A stretch of 64,000 nucleotides of DNA from an uncultured cyanobacterium (GCA_963740315.1 CAVUDP010000002.1:736001-800000), one strand, 5' to 3'. Positions 40,521-52,221 are shown, numbered from the stretch's first letter. A program made the numbers and translations. The notes: generated from the letters alone by a model not told the origin.

Positions 40521-40628
40521 AGCCCCCCAATAATACGGGGGGTTGGGGGGATCTAAATGTGTGAAATAGCATTAGATTCTTGTTACCAATCGACATTTAG
40601 GGAGACGTAGCAGTGCGGAGCTCTCTAC
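40521..40628. repeat. CCCCCC..GGGGGG..GATC repeat plus GAGACGTAGCA-type REP-like element
   Basis: Related to 52627-52695 and 63936-64000, and to 12649, 44560 and 56942. Confidence 0.65.
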
Positions 40629-41446
40629 ATTTTTAATATTTTTTCCCGCAATTTCTCTACAACAGCTTTCTCTTCTTCAGATAAACTCCCATCAAATAAA
40701 AGCTGATATATTAACGGTAATCCTAAATCTAGCTGTTCTAAAAGTTCCCCTTGAGCAAATATATCTTCGGGTTTACCTTCTGTAATTAATTCTCCTTTAT
40801 CCATGACAAATATCCAGTCAGCCCAACGATAAACTAAATCCAAATCGTGGGTGGACATTAATAATGTTGTACCGTGTTGATGAATTTTATCCAGGGTTTT
40901 AATTAGTTGACGGGTATGTTTAATATCTAAATATGCAGTCGGCTCGTCTAATAATAATAACTTGGGTCGGAGTACCATTACGTCTGCAATGGAAACTCGT
41001 TTTTTTTGCCCCAAGCTGAGATGATGTACTGGTCTTTGTGCCAATTCTTCTAATTCAAATTCTACTAATATTTCTTCTACTCTCGCCTGAATTTCTTTGG
41101 GGGGTAAATTCAAATTACACAAGCCGTAAGAAATATCTTCTTCAATTGTAGAAGCTACTAATTGCTGTTCTGGATCTTGAAAAATTAATCCGACTTGCTG
41201 TCGTAAATTGCTCAAATATTTGCGATCGTAACGTAACGGTTTACCGTGCCAGCGTACTATACCACTCGACGGTTTATATAAACCATTTGCTAATAAGAAT
41301 AATGTGGTTTTTCCACAGCCATTCTGACCTATAAGCGCACATTTTTTACCAGATGGAATATTTAATGTTAAACCGTTGAGAGAAGATTCTCTAGCACCGG
41401 GATAGGTGTAATAAACCTGCTCAAATTCAAGTAAATATTCTTGCAT
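40625..41446 (-). CDS. cbiO: Cobalt ECF transporter ATPase
   Basis: GQNGCGKT; FQDPEQQL; LSLGQKKRV; LDEPT; operon context. Confidence 0.92.
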   Translation of the reverse strand: MQEYLLEFEQVYYTYPGARESSLNGLTLNIPSGKKCALIGQNGCGKTTLFLLANGLYKPSSGIVRWHGKPLRYDRKYLSNLRQQVGLIFQDPEQQLVASTIEEDISYGLCNLNLPPKEIQARVEEILVEFELEELAQRPVHHLSLGQKKRVSIADVMVLRPKLLLLDEPTAYLDIKHTRQLIKTLDKIHQHGTTLLMSTHDLDLVYRWADWIFVMDKGELITEGKPEDIFAQGELLEQLDLGLPLIYQLLFDGSLSEEEKAVVEKLREKILKM

Positions 41447-42233
41447 TCAGCCACCATTCCAATGCTATCAAGATTACACAACCGATTATTGCTTCTAGGA
41501 TGTACCGTTTTGAAGGGCGATCGCGACGGGGAGCATAAACCCTAAATTCTCCGCTCATTCCTCGTGATTCTAATCCTAAAGAAAACTGACTGTATTTTTG
41601 CAAGGTTCGCTTTAAAAGTTGCCCTACTAACAACGCTAAACTTTTAATGCTGGTACGAAAATCGCGGTAGCCAAGACGAGATTTTTGAGCAATGGATAAG
41701 TCGGTGGCTGTATCCCATAAAATAAAAATAAACCGATACATTAATAATAATAGTTCAATTAGCAGCGTCGGAAACTTGAATCGGCGCAGAGTTTGCAGTA
41801 CTTCCGTAAATGGAACGGTTAGCATTAAAAAATATAGACAAGAAACAGAAGCAAAAGCTCTAGTAAATATAGCTAATGCTTGATAAAATCCACTACTACT
41901 TATATATATATAGTAAAATCCTAAATTTAAACCTTGCCAAGAATCACTTTGCACTTTATAAATATCTGCAACAGAAACACCGTTAATAATTAAAGCTGGT
42001 AAACTAGTCAGCCAAAAAAAGCTGGCAACTGCTAATATTCTAAGATAAATACAGAGAGGAATTTTTGCATAAACAACCGTCCAAATACCCATCCACACCG
42101 CGATCGTAATTTGTACTGGTGGATGGGTACAAAGGGAAATTAACAAAGTTGTTAGAGCAAAAAATAATTTGTGTTCTGGTGGCAATCCTCGCAGTCGGTT
42201 AGTGTAAGCTAAAGTATCGAGTTTTAAGCTCAT
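41427..42233 (-). CDS. cbiQ: Cobalt ECF transporter T component
   Basis: Multi-TM; LMYRFIF; AQKSRLGY; LESRG. Confidence 0.92.
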   Translation of the reverse strand: MSLKLDTLAYTNRLRGLPPEHKLFFALTTLLISLCTHPPVQITIAVWMGIWTVVYAKIPLCIYLRILAVASFFWLTSLPALIINGVSVADIYKVQSDSWQGLNLGFYYIYISSSGFYQALAIFTRAFASVSCLYFLMLTVPFTEVLQTLRRFKFPTLLIELLLLMYRFIFILWDTATDLSIAQKSRLGYRDFRTSIKSLALLVGQLLKRTLQKYSQFSLGLESRGMSGEFRVYAPRRDRPSKRYILEAIIGCVILIALEWWLNARIFT

Positions 42234-42535
42234 TCTTCACGTTGCTTTTCACTACGCCCGCGATACAATCCTATTGAGTAACCAATTAAACCCGCACCCA
42301 AAGCAGCTTGAGAAGAAAATAATAAACTTTCAATTTCACCGCTGGGGGGTTCAAATACAGGTTGAAACCAAGGCTTATATTCTGGTTCAATCTTAGTAAT
42401 TGCTTCTTGGGCTTCACCATCGGCACCACCATATTCTCCTTTCACAAATATTAATGGTGCGATCGCTAAAACAACAACTGCTGATATCAACAGCCAATTA
42501 TTCCATCCGCGATTAGACTGACTTGATTGTTTCAT
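42230..42535 (-). CDS. cbiN: Cobalt transport protein CbiN
   Basis: [28 protein letters not shown]. Confidence 0.95.
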   Translation of the reverse strand: MKQSSQSNRGWNNWLLISAVVVLAIAPLIFVKGEYGGADGEAQEAITKIEPEYKPWFQPVFEPPSGEIESLLFSSQAALGAGLIGYSIGLYRGRSEKQREE

Positions 42536-43301
42536 TTCGAGGCTCCCGCTTAATTAAATTCAATAATTCTAATTCTTGTGGGTTGTAAGATTCCAGCCAA
42601 TTCCACACCAATACTGTCAATAAACCTTCACTAATTGCTAAAGGAACTTGAGTAATCGCAAAAATTCCCGCAAATTTAGCAAAGGAAGCCATCACACCAC
42701 CAACTTCTGCGGGGAAAGCTAGAGCTAATTGTCCGGAAGTAATAATATAAGTCAATAAATTTGCTAAAGCTGCGGCTAAAAATATCGCTAACCTTTGGTT
42801 TTCCGACAGTTTCATCGTTAATCGATAAATCCAGAAAGCAGCAAAAGGTCCGGCGATCGCCATCGAGAATGCATTAGCGCCCAATGTTGTCAAGCCCCCG
42901 TGTGCCAGTAATAGAGCCTGAAACAGCAGTACCAAAGTGCCCAAAACCGACATTGCCAAAGGACCAAATAATACCGCACCCAACCCCGTACCCGTGGGGT
43001 GCGAACAGCTACCCGTTACCGAAGGAATTTTGAGAGCAGAAAGCACAAAAGCAAAAGCACCAGCTAAACCCAAAAGCAGTTTAAGTTGGGGTTTTTCTTT
43101 GGTGATGCGAGTTAAGGATATTAAACCCAAAATCATGAAAGGTAAAGAAACAGCCCACCAAAAAGCAGCCCAATAAAATGGTAGAAAACCTTCCATTATA
43201 TGCATTGCATAAGCAGGTTTTGGTACACCAATTACCAAATATAAGCTTATTAACGCTATTCCTAATAAATTCAGTCGTTTGAGATTTTTGCGGATTCCCA
43301 T
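42513..43301 (-). CDS. cbiM: Cobalt ECF transporter S component
   Basis: Signal peptide then [31 protein letters not shown]. Confidence 0.96.
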   Translation of the reverse strand: MGIRKNLKRLNLLGIALISLYLVIGVPKPAYAMHIMEGFLPFYWAAFWWAVSLPFMILGLISLTRITKEKPQLKLLLGLAGAFAFVLSALKIPSVTGSCSHPTGTGLGAVLFGPLAMSVLGTLVLLFQALLLAHGGLTTLGANAFSMAIAGPFAAFWIYRLTMKLSENQRLAIFLAAALANLLTYIITSGQLALAFPAEVGGVMASFAKFAGIFAITQVPLAISEGLLTVLVWNWLESYNPQELELLNLIKREPRNETIKSV

Positions 43302-43663
43302 AAAAGATGTTTGCTTTTCTAGTAATTCAATAATTTACAAACAATATTCTCTGTTCGCAGTCAATAACAGCCAAATATTAGTGAGAAAATGATTAATATT
43401 TACGCAAATTGAGGTTAGAGACAAACTGTAAAATTAGTTGCTATTTTCTACCAGAAAGTTCCCTGGATGAAGTTTAGCATGGTAATTTAGTTTTAAATAT
43501 TAGCAAATAGATACTTTATTGTACAGGTATATTTATAAATTCAATTAATCGCGAATATCGGTTAAAGCCTTAACATTGACATTAACAATAACGCTGACAT
43601 TGACATTAACATTGTCATTTGAATAATCAAAAAACCGCAGAGGGAAGAGATTATGAGAAGTTA

Positions 43664-44308
43664 CTAATTAAGAAACGATCTTTCTAAATCAACTATCTCA
43701 GAGACACAATCGGGTATTTCTTTGATTGGATTATCATGTAGAGTAAGTTTTTCTAAATTAGTCAGCTTACAAATAGAACTAGAAACTTCTTCTAATTGAT
43801 TATCTTCTAAAAAGAGATATTTTAAATTAGTTAATTCAAAAAGCTCTTCTGGTAGCTCTGTTAAATTATTTCCTCTCAAATCAAGCGATTCTAGATTTTG
43901 AAGTTGAGATATATCTGCTGGGAGCTTATCTATTTGATTAAAACTTAAAACTAAGCCAGTTAAGCTTGTAAGTTGAAAAATAACTGAAGGAATAGATACT
44001 AATTCATTCTCTTCCAAATAAAGTTCGTATAGATTAGTTAGTTGAGTCAAATCTTCAGGAAGAGTTTCGATTTTGTTATTGTCTAAAATCAAATAGCTTA
44101 AATTAGTTAGTTGAGATATCTCTGTGGGAATATTTTTCAAACGGTTGTAGCTTAAATCTAATTCAGATAAAGAGTCTATTTCAAAAATTTCGGCTGGTAT
44201 TTCCGTTAAATTATAATTACCTAAATCAAAACAACCCCAATATTCTTCTTTCGCTAACTTCATCTGTTTTTGAATCTCAACCCAGTTGATTTTGCGGTAA
44301 TTATGCAT
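43664..44308 (-). CDS. Leucine-rich repeat protein
   Basis: About 8 23-residue repeats of type LxxLxLxxNxLxxIPxxIxxL. Confidence 0.92.
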   Translation of the reverse strand: MHNYRKINWVEIQKQMKLAKEEYWGCFDLGNYNLTEIPAEIFEIDSLSELDLSYNRLKNIPTEISQLTNLSYLILDNNKIETLPEDLTQLTNLYELYLEENELVSIPSVIFQLTSLTGLVLSFNQIDKLPADISQLQNLESLDLRGNNLTELPEELFELTNLKYLFLEDNQLEEVSSSICKLTNLEKLTLHDNPIKEIPDCVSEIVDLERSFLN

Positions 44309-44598
44309 ATTTTAATTTACCTATAAATCTTAAATAATAAAGTATTTAAAACGGTGCGTTAGGCGCGAAATACAGACATTTTTTCGTAATCCAAATTAGT
44401 TGTCGCGCCATAACACACCCTACAATTAATCTCTCTTTATCTCTTTCCTCAGCGAACAAGCGCGTCTAGTAAGGTTTTTTTAATCGATAATCTTCACTAA
44501 TTAAAAAATAATAATGGTGCTGCTAAATCAAAATATAAAGTGATGATTTCAAATTGCTGGAGACGTAGCACTGCTACGTCTCTACAATAATGCCCAAC

Positions 44599-46530
44599 TC
44601 ATTCATCAATCTCGGCTAATTCCATCCACCTTTCCGTGGCTTTATCGATATCTTTCTTCAATTTCTCTACCTTTTCAAAAAGCTCCTGAACTTTAGAATA
44701 ATCTCCAGCAGCTTTGGTTAACCCCATTTCCGCTTCCACTTTCTCTTCTTCTAATTGAGCAATCTTTCCTTCTAACTGCTCGAATTCTTTCCTTTCCCAA
44801 TTCGATAAACGACGCTTCTTTTTATTATCTTCCTTTGTAACTTTAGTCTCTACTTTCTGCGTTTGGTACTTCGGCTTTTCTTTCTCTAACTCAGCTTGCA
44901 GTTGCTTTGCTTTCGCTTCTTCGGCTCTCTTAAAATCCAAATACACCGAATAATTACCGGGAAATTCCCGAATCTTCGTATCTTCAAAAGCAAAAATTCT
45001 ATCGATGGTGCGGTCTAAAAAGTAGCGATCGTGAGATACTACTATTACACAACCTTTGAAGTCTTCTAAATAATCTTCCAATACCGCTAAAGTTTGGACA
45101 TCTAAATCGTTTGTCGGTTCGTCTAATATTAAAACATTCGGCGCACTCATTAAAACTCGTAACAAAAATAAGCGCCGTTTTTCACCGCCGGAAAGTTTAT
45201 TAATTGGTGCATATTGCTGATTCGGGGGAAACAAAAACCTCTCCAACATTTGAGAAGCACTAATTCTAGTTCCATCGGCAGTTTCAATAAATTCTGCACC
45301 TTCTTGTTTGATATAATCAATCACTCGCTGCGAATCGTTGGAAGCACCAATCAATTCTTCCGAATGCTGATCGAAATAACCAATATAAACTGTAGAGCCA
45401 ATATCAACTTCACCCGTATCCGGTTGTTCTCTTCCGGTAATAATATTGATTAAAGTGGATTTTCCCGCACCGTTTTCACCAATTATGCCGACTCTATCTT
45501 CCGGACTAAATTCGTAGGTAAAATCTTTAAATAAAGTGCGATTATCAAAGGATTTCGAGATATTATTAATTTCAATAACTTTCTTACCAATGCGACGACT
45601 AGCAGTAGAAATATCGACTTTTCCTTGAGTTTGTTTAAACTCAGTCCCCTGCATCTCTCTAACTCGATCTATTCTCGCTTTCTGCTTGGTACTTCTGGCT
45701 TTTGGTCCTTTTTTTAACCATTCTAATTCTCGCCGCAATACTCCTTTAAACTTTTGCTGACTGCTGGCTGCGGATTCTTCTGCTTCGGCTTTCTTTTGTA
45801 AATAATATGAATAGTTACCAGAATATGTATAAAAGTCGCCGCGATCGATTTCAATAATTCTATTCGTTACCTTATCCAAAAAATAGCGATCGTGAGTAAT
45901 TAATAATAAAGCGCCATTTCTGCGATTTAAATAACTTTGCAGCCACTCTACAGAATCAGCATCTAAATGGTTTGTCGGCTCGTCCATTAACAATAAATCT
46001 GGTTCGGATAACAAAGCTGTCGCTAAAGCAATCCGCTTGCGATAACCGCCAGATAAAGTACCAATTATGGCATCAAAATCCGTAATTCCTAACTGAGAAA
46101 GAATTATTTTGGCGTTGGTTTCTACCTCCCAAGCACCAATAATATCCATTCGAGAAGTCACTTCACCCAAACGCGATAATAATTGATTATCTTGGGGATT
46201 TTTAGCTAATTTATCGGAGATTTCTTCATATTCGCGCACCAAATTCATTTGCTCGCCACTGTCGGCAAATATCTGCTCCAAAACCGTGCGACTTTCATCT
46301 AAATCTGGCTGTTGCGGTAAATATATAACCTTAGCACCGGCATTTACAATAATCTCCCCGCCATCAATCGGTTCCATCCCAGCAATCATTTTTAATAATG
46401 TAGATTTACCGGAACCGTTAGTACCAATTAAGCCAACCTTCTCATCAGCATCCAAGCTAAAAGAAGCATCTTTAAGAATTTCCTTGATGCCAAAATCTTT
46501 TTTGACAGATTGTAATGTAATAACACCCAT
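44599..46530 (-). CDS. ABC-F family ATPase (Uup-like)
   Basis: Two NBDs (GTNGSGKST, GENGAGKST, LSGG, DEPTN), no TM segments, C-terminal coiled coil. Confidence 0.93.
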   Translation of the reverse strand: MGVITLQSVKKDFGIKEILKDASFSLDADEKVGLIGTNGSGKSTLLKMIAGMEPIDGGEIIVNAGAKVIYLPQQPDLDESRTVLEQIFADSGEQMNLVREYEEISDKLAKNPQDNQLLSRLGEVTSRMDIIGAWEVETNAKIILSQLGITDFDAIIGTLSGGYRKRIALATALLSEPDLLLMDEPTNHLDADSVEWLQSYLNRRNGALLLITHDRYFLDKVTNRIIEIDRGDFYTYSGNYSYYLQKKAEAEESAASSQQKFKGVLRRELEWLKKGPKARSTKQKARIDRVREMQGTEFKQTQGKVDISTASRRIGKKVIEINNISKSFDNRTLFKDFTYEFSPEDRVGIIGENGAGKSTLINIITGREQPDTGEVDIGSTVYIGYFDQHSEELIGASNDSQRVIDYIKQEGAEFIETADGTRISASQMLERFLFPPNQQYAPINKLSGGEKRRLFLLRVLMSAPNVLILDEPTNDLDVQTLAVLEDYLEDFKGCVIVVSHDRYFLDRTIDRIFAFEDTKIREFPGNYSVYLDFKRAEEAKAKQLQAELEKEKPKYQTQKVETKVTKEDNKKKRRLSNWERKEFEQLEGKIAQLEEEKVEAEMGLTKAAGDYSKVQELFEKVEKLKKDIDKATERWMELAEIDE

Positions 46531-46893
46531 AGGATTTTAGATTTTAGATTTTAGATTTTAGATTAGGACTTACCTAACACCATATATTATTTAAATGTAG
46601 TAAGGACTTTAGTCCTGATATGAGAGGGAACCAATGCGCTTACTACAAACTGAATTTTATTAAATAAACAATTTTATTCCACTCCAAGGCACCATCTAAT
46701 AAAAGTCTTGTGGGATAGGCTTCGCTTGCCCCGTCCGAAATTAGCTGTAATTTAGACTGAAAGCCGTAAAACACCAACAAATAATGGTGCGTTACGGCTA
46801 TTTTAAATCTTCGAGGTGTAATTACATTAATTAAAGCCGTAACACATCCTACAAATTATCTTCCAATGCCCAATGCCCAATGCCCAAGATAAT

Positions 46894-47310
46894 TTAATCA
46901 AATAAATCTAAGGGTAAATGTCCGTACATATGGTTCATTCCACCTTCCGAAGAAGACTGACAAGAAACTAAAACCCCACGATGATGTCCCAAATAGGAAT
47001 CAATGTAGCACAAGCCATTTTTTCCATTTAACTTGATGTAAATTGGACCTTCAATTAAAGGTAAATTACTTGGAGGCTGATATCCCAATGCTTTGGAATA
47101 ACTTTCCATTGCTTTTATTCCTTCTTCGGTGGTATCGGCAGAAATACCCAGAATTTGATAATCGCTAAGACTAGCAAGCAAAGTCAAAGCCCCACGGACT
47201 GAAATTTTTTCTGATGGCTTCAGTTGGGCTGCAATATCAACAAAGTCATATTTGCTTAATATTTTTTTGGCTTCTTCAACCGTAAGTTGGGTTTGGGGTT
47301 TGCTTGTCAT
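46894..47310 (-). CDS. DUF1824 family protein
   Basis: SDYQILGISA; GPIYIKLN; RGVLVSCQS; YGHLPLDLF. Confidence 0.8.
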   Translation of the reverse strand: MTSKPQTQLTVEEAKKILSKYDFVDIAAQLKPSEKISVRGALTLLASLSDYQILGISADTTEEGIKAMESYSKALGYQPPSNLPLIEGPIYIKLNGKNGLCYIDSYLGHHRGVLVSCQSSSEGGMNHMYGHLPLDLFD

Positions 47311-47382
47311 AAGCCTTAAAAGGAATCTACTAGGGGTTTACTTCGTATGGCGTAGAGTTTCTACTCTACCAAAAATTTACAG

Positions 47383-48231
47383 TTACGATTGATCTTGTAT
47401 GTTACTTAAATTGAACAAAAATGGCACGCTACTATTTGACTCACCTCCCATCACAAGAACTTTTGGCATTTGAGCGCCTCCACTTCTCCAGGCTTCAATA
47501 GCTTCTTTTTGTAACACTAACTCTCCACCTTGAGCTTTTAAAGTTTCAGCTAACAGTTTTTGGGCTTCTGCTCTACCTCTAGCGCGGTTGATGTCGGCGA
47601 ATGCTTCTTGCTCGGCTTCTGCTGCTACATAAACTGCTCTTTGCGATCGCTGTTCGGCAATTTGCTTTTCTTCAACTGCTTTGGCAAATTCAGGAGAGAA
47701 AGTTAAGTCAATGACGCTAGTATCTAATATTATCACTCCATATTTATTCAAACGTTCTCCTAGAGCGTTATCAAAATCATTTTTCAATTCTTCTCTTTTG
47801 GTAATAGCTTCTTCTACAGTTCTTCTCGCTGCGGCAACTTTAAAAGATTCCTGAGTTTGCGGTGCAATAATTTTCGAGACGATGTTTTCTAAACTTCCCT
47901 GTTTTCTTCTAATTTCAACAACTTCTACAGAATCTATCCGAAAGTTGATCGCAAATTTTGCCGTCAATTGCTGCAAATCTTTGGTAGAACTTTGCGCGGG
48001 AATTTCGTATTTCTGTACCGTCACATCATATATATCTACATTAGAAATTACTGGGGGTTTGAAATGAATACCTTCAAGTAAAGCACCATCTTGAGCTTTT
48101 CCTAATATACTCAATACTCCGGCTTGACCGGGATTTATAATTACAAATGAATTCAGGCTGAAAACAACAAGTATTGCTACTAGAGTTCCTGCAACTGCGG
48201 CTTGCCAACTACCTAATTGTTGACTTTTCAA
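47383..48231 (-). CDS. Prohibitin / SPFH family protein
   Basis: N-terminal TM; EGIHFKPP; SSTKDLQ; FSPEFAKAVEEKQIAEQ. Confidence 0.93.
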   Translation of the reverse strand: MKSQQLGSWQAAVAGTLVAILVVFSLNSFVIINPGQAGVLSILGKAQDGALLEGIHFKPPVISNVDIYDVTVQKYEIPAQSSTKDLQQLTAKFAINFRIDSVEVVEIRRKQGSLENIVSKIIAPQTQESFKVAAARRTVEEAITKREELKNDFDNALGERLNKYGVIILDTSVIDLTFSPEFAKAVEEKQIAEQRSQRAVYVAAEAEQEAFADINRARGRAEAQKLLAETLKAQGGELVLQKEAIEAWRSGGAQMPKVLVMGGESNSSVPFLFNLSNIQDQS

Positions 48232-48389
48232 ATTAATACTCCTTTTTATGTGAATTATCAGTTATCAATGAACAATTATCAAGAAACAATTATCAATTCG
48301 TAGATGGTATAGGTGATACTGTTCCAAACCTCCCACACCATAAATCTTTATTCATTGATTGATAATTGATAATTGTCCATTAATATTTC

Positions 48390-50246
48390 GTGGTAATATT
48401 AAATTCCACGCATTTACCAAAAACTGTGGCTCAAGTACTCAAATCCAATCGGTTGCAAAAACAGCGTCGGGATTCAGCGCATCCGTTGAAACGCTTGCTT
48501 GATTACGGGCATGATTATCGCCAAAAAATCAGGCTGGCGGTAGTATGTTCTATTCTCAATAAACTATTCGACTTGGCACCTCCGGTGTTAATTGGCTTCG
48601 CCGTTGATGTTGTTGTCAAACAGGAAGATTCTATCATTGCCAGTTGGGGAATCAAAGATATTTTTTGGCAATTTTTAATACTTTCTTTTTTAACGGTTGT
48701 TATCTGGGTATTAGAGTCGGTTTTTGAATATGCTTTAGAAACCCTATGGCGTAATTTAGCGCAGAGCATTCAGCACGATTTGCGTTTGGATGCCTACAAG
48801 CATTTACAAAATTTAGAATTAGCTTACTTTGAAGAACGCAGTACTGGCGGTTTGATGTCTATCCTTAGCGATGATATCAACCAGTTGGAACGCTTTTTGG
48901 ATGTGGGAGCTAACGATTTATTGCAAACTGCTACAACTATTGTAATCCTTGGTGGTGCATTCTTTATCTTAGCTCCAAACGTGGCATGGATGACCATGTT
49001 ACCGATTCCGTTTATCCTTTGGGGTACATTCGCTTACCAAGATTTGCTCGAACCCCGTTACGCCGATGTCCGCGAAAAGCTGAGTTTTCTTAACTCTCGT
49101 TTATCAAATAATTTAAGCGGTATTACTACTATTAAAAGTTTTACTGCCGAAGATTATGAAAGCAAACGTTTAGAATCAGATAGTGAAGCTTATCGCCGCA
49201 GTAATGGTAAAGCAATTAAACTTTCTGCTGCTTTTGTACCCTTAATTAGAATGTTAATTTTAATCGGGTTCACGGCACTATTACTATTTGGTGGAATGTC
49301 CGCAGTTAATGGTAAAATGACTGTAGGAACTTACAGCGTTTTAGTCTTTTTAACTCAACGATTGCTTTGGCCCCTAACAAGATTGGGACAAACTTTCGAT
49401 CTATATCAAAGGGCGATGGCTTCCACCAATCGCGTCATGAATTTATTAGATACTCCTATTACTATTAACCCCGGAAATATCGATTTACCCATTGAAAAAG
49501 TACGCGGCGAAATCGAGTTTAATAACGTTACTTTTGCTTACAAAGACAGACAGCCAGTAATTAAAAATTTATCCTTAAAAATACCCGCAGGAAAAACGAT
49601 CGCCATTGTGGGTTCCACGGGTTCGGGTAAAAGTACTTTAGTTAAATTATTGTTGCGGTTTTACGAAATAACTTCCGGAAGTATTACCGTTGATAATATC
49701 GATCTACAAAATATCAACCTGCAAGATTTGCGTCGCTGCATCGGTTTGGTAAGTCAAGACGTATTTTTGTTTCACGGTACCGTAGCCGAAAATATTGCTT
49801 ATGGAACCTTCAACGCCAACGACAAAGAAATCATGACAGCCGCCAAAGTTGCAGAAGCACACGTTTTTATTATGCAGCTACCCGAAGGTTATCAAACAAT
49901 AGTCGGCGAGCGCGGACAAAAATTATCTGGAGGGCAAAGACAAAGAATCGCGATCGCAAGAGCAATATTAAAAAATCCCCCCATATTGATCTTAGACGAA
50001 GCCACCTCAGCAGTAGATAACGAAACCGAAGCAGCAATCGCCCGCTCATTAGAAAGAATCACCGTAGATAGAACAACCATTGCGATCGCCCATCGTCTTT
50101 CCACAATTCGCAATTCAGATTGCATATATGTGGTAGAATACGGCGAAATCGTAGAATCCGGTAGTCACGAACAATTATTAGAACACAATGGGATTTATGC
50201 AAGTCTGTGGCGCGTGCAGTCTGGGTTGAAATCAGTTAGCAGTTAG
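48390..50246 (+). CDS. ABC exporter, fused permease-ATPase (MsbA/MdlB-like)
   Basis: TMD followed by [22 protein letters not shown] and LDEATS; start codon uncertain. Confidence 0.93.
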   Translation: MVILNSTHLPKTVAQVLKSNRLQKQRRDSAHPLKRLLDYGHDYRQKIRLAVVCSILNKLFDLAPPVLIGFAVDVVVKQEDSIIASWGIKDIFWQFLILSFLTVVIWVLESVFEYALETLWRNLAQSIQHDLRLDAYKHLQNLELAYFEERSTGGLMSILSDDINQLERFLDVGANDLLQTATTIVILGGAFFILAPNVAWMTMLPIPFILWGTFAYQDLLEPRYADVREKLSFLNSRLSNNLSGITTIKSFTAEDYESKRLESDSEAYRRSNGKAIKLSAAFVPLIRMLILIGFTALLLFGGMSAVNGKMTVGTYSVLVFLTQRLLWPLTRLGQTFDLYQRAMASTNRVMNLLDTPITINPGNIDLPIEKVRGEIEFNNVTFAYKDRQPVIKNLSLKIPAGKTIAIVGSTGSGKSTLVKLLLRFYEITSGSITVDNIDLQNINLQDLRRCIGLVSQDVFLFHGTVAENIAYGTFNANDKEIMTAAKVAEAHVFIMQLPEGYQTIVGERGQKLSGGQRQRIAIARAILKNPPILILDEATSAVDNETEAAIARSLERITVDRTTIAIAHRLSTIRNSDCIYVVEYGEIVESGSHEQLLEHNGIYASLWRVQSGLKSVSS

Positions 50247-50467
50247 CAGTTATCAATGATCAATTATCGGCTAACATTACCATTCATCCCAAGGCGATCG
50301 GTTCATCATGTGTTTTTAATTTGTGAGGGAATGAGTAAAAAAGGTTCGTAGTAAGAGTTTTAACTCTCCAGATTTAGGGCTGAAGTTCCTTAAATCCGGA
50401 GGGGCTGAAGCGCTTACTACGAACCTATCAAAATTAATGTGGCTCCGTACTAGTTACTGATAATTGA

Positions 50468-50743
50468 TTACCCTCCGGCAACAGCGGGAACAATACTAAC
50501 TTCATCGCCATCTTTTAAAGGTGTCGCCGCATTATCTAAAAAGCGGATATCTTCACTATTCACGTATAAATTTAAAAAACGGCGCGGTTTACCGGATTCA
50601 TCGCACAAACGCGCTTTGATACCGGGACAAGCTTTTTCTAAAGAATCGAATAGTTCGGAAATAGTGCTACCGTTACATTCCAAAGTAGCTTGATTATTAG
50701 TGAATTTTTGAAGTGCAGTGGGAACCAGAACTTTTACAGTCAT
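50468..50743 (-). CDS. MoaD/ThiS/CysO-family sulfur carrier protein
   Basis: Ubiquitin-like size; C-terminal IVPAVAGG. Confidence 0.93.
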   Translation of the reverse strand: MTVKVLVPTALQKFTNNQATLECNGSTISELFDSLEKACPGIKARLCDESGKPRRFLNLYVNSEDIRFLDNAATPLKDGDEVSIVPAVAGG

Positions 50744-50872
50744 ATCTTTGAAAATTAGAAATGGAAATGGGGAATTAGAGGGGGGAGAGGGGGAGAGGGG
50801 GGAGAGGGGGTAGAGGGGGTAGAAATAAAATCTCTAATTCCTAACTCCTCACTCCGGTGGTCCTAACTTTAA

Positions 50873-52177
50873 TTAAACCAAAACTTGCTGCCACTCTAAG
50901 CGATCGAGGGTGCGGGAACGTTCGAGGGCTGATTCAAAACTATCGAGTTTTGCGTCAATTGTCAAAGGTTCGCCAACGTAGGGCTGTATGGATTCTTGGG
51001 TTTTTAAGCCGTTGCCGGTAATGTAAACAACTGTGGTTTCTTCGGGGTCAATTTTGCCTGCTTCTACCAGTTTTTTTAATACGGCAACTGTTGTACCACC
51101 AGCAGTTTCTGTAAATATACCTTCGGTTTCCGCGAGCAGTTTCATTCCTTCGATAATTTCAGCGTCGGTGACTGATTCTATATTACCGTTGGTTTTGTTT
51201 GCTATATCTACGGCGTAAATACCATCTGCTGGATTTCCAATTGCAATTGATTTAGCAATGGTATTCGGCTTTTCTGGCTGAATAAAATCGCGCTTTTCTT
51301 TAAACGCTTTGGCGATTGGGGAACATCCTTCGGCTTGTGCGCCACTGAATCGGACATTTTTAGCTTCTACTAAACCAACTTCGACAAACTCGTTAAAGCC
51401 TTTATAAATTTTGCTGAATAACGAACCGCTTGCCAAAGGTGCCACAATATGATCTGGTAGTTCCCAACCTAGTTGTTCGGCGACTTCAAAACCTAATGTT
51501 TTGGAACCTTCGGAATAATAAGGACGTAAATTAATATTGACAAATCCCCATCCGTGTGTATTTGCAACTTCCGAACACAGACGGTTAACTTGATCGTAAT
51601 TTCCCTTAACAGCCATTAAAGTCGGGCTATAAATGAGACTTCCTAAAATTTTACCGGCTTCCAAATCGGCAGGTATGAATACGCAGCAATCTAAACCAGC
51701 ATGAGCTGCGATCGCGGCGGTTGAATTTGCCAAGTTTCCGGTGCTGGCGCAGGATACTGTAGTGAAACCCAATTCCTTAGCGCGAGTCATGGCAACCGAT
51801 ACCACCCTATCTTTGAAGCTAAGGGTAGGCATATTAACGGCATCATTTTTTATATATAGTTTCTTTAAACCCAAGCGACGAGCTAAACGCTGCGATCGAA
51901 CCAAGGGAGTCATACCCGTTCCCACATCAATGGGGTTTTCGCTCGTTACAGGCAAAAATTGACGATAGCGCCATATAGATAATGGTCCCGCTTGAATAGT
52001 TTCGCGAGTTACCGTTTGACGCAATTTGCTGTAATCGTAGCTTACCTCCAAAGGACCAAAACAGAACTCACATACATTTTTAGCTTCAAGTTCGTACTCT
52101 GCGCCGCATTCTTTACACTTGAGAGCATGAAAAGCATGAGTAAGAGTTTGGTTTTGGATGTCGGTTGCCGCTTGCAT
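50873..52177 (-). CDS. thrC: Threonine-synthase-like PLP enzyme
   Basis: N-terminal CxxC..CxxC; PTLSFKDR (PLP Lys); ASTGNLA; EGSKT; ITGNGLKT. The true reaction may be sulfhydrylation (see findings). Confidence 0.8.
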   Translation of the reverse strand: MQAATDIQNQTLTHAFHALKCKECGAEYELEAKNVCEFCFGPLEVSYDYSKLRQTVTRETIQAGPLSIWRYRQFLPVTSENPIDVGTGMTPLVRSQRLARRLGLKKLYIKNDAVNMPTLSFKDRVVSVAMTRAKELGFTTVSCASTGNLANSTAAIAAHAGLDCCVFIPADLEAGKILGSLIYSPTLMAVKGNYDQVNRLCSEVANTHGWGFVNINLRPYYSEGSKTLGFEVAEQLGWELPDHIVAPLASGSLFSKIYKGFNEFVEVGLVEAKNVRFSGAQAEGCSPIAKAFKEKRDFIQPEKPNTIAKSIAIGNPADGIYAVDIANKTNGNIESVTDAEIIEGMKLLAETEGIFTETAGGTTVAVLKKLVEAGKIDPEETTVVYITGNGLKTQESIQPYVGEPLTIDAKLDSFESALERSRTLDRLEWQQVLV

Positions 52178-52221
52178 TTGGTATTTCTCCCCGAGAACTA
52201 TTAACTGTCAACTGTCGGCTG

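Noticed and set aside
43302..43663. Cobalamin riboswitch upstream of cbiM
   Set aside because: No B12-box or conserved core recognisable on the coding strand.
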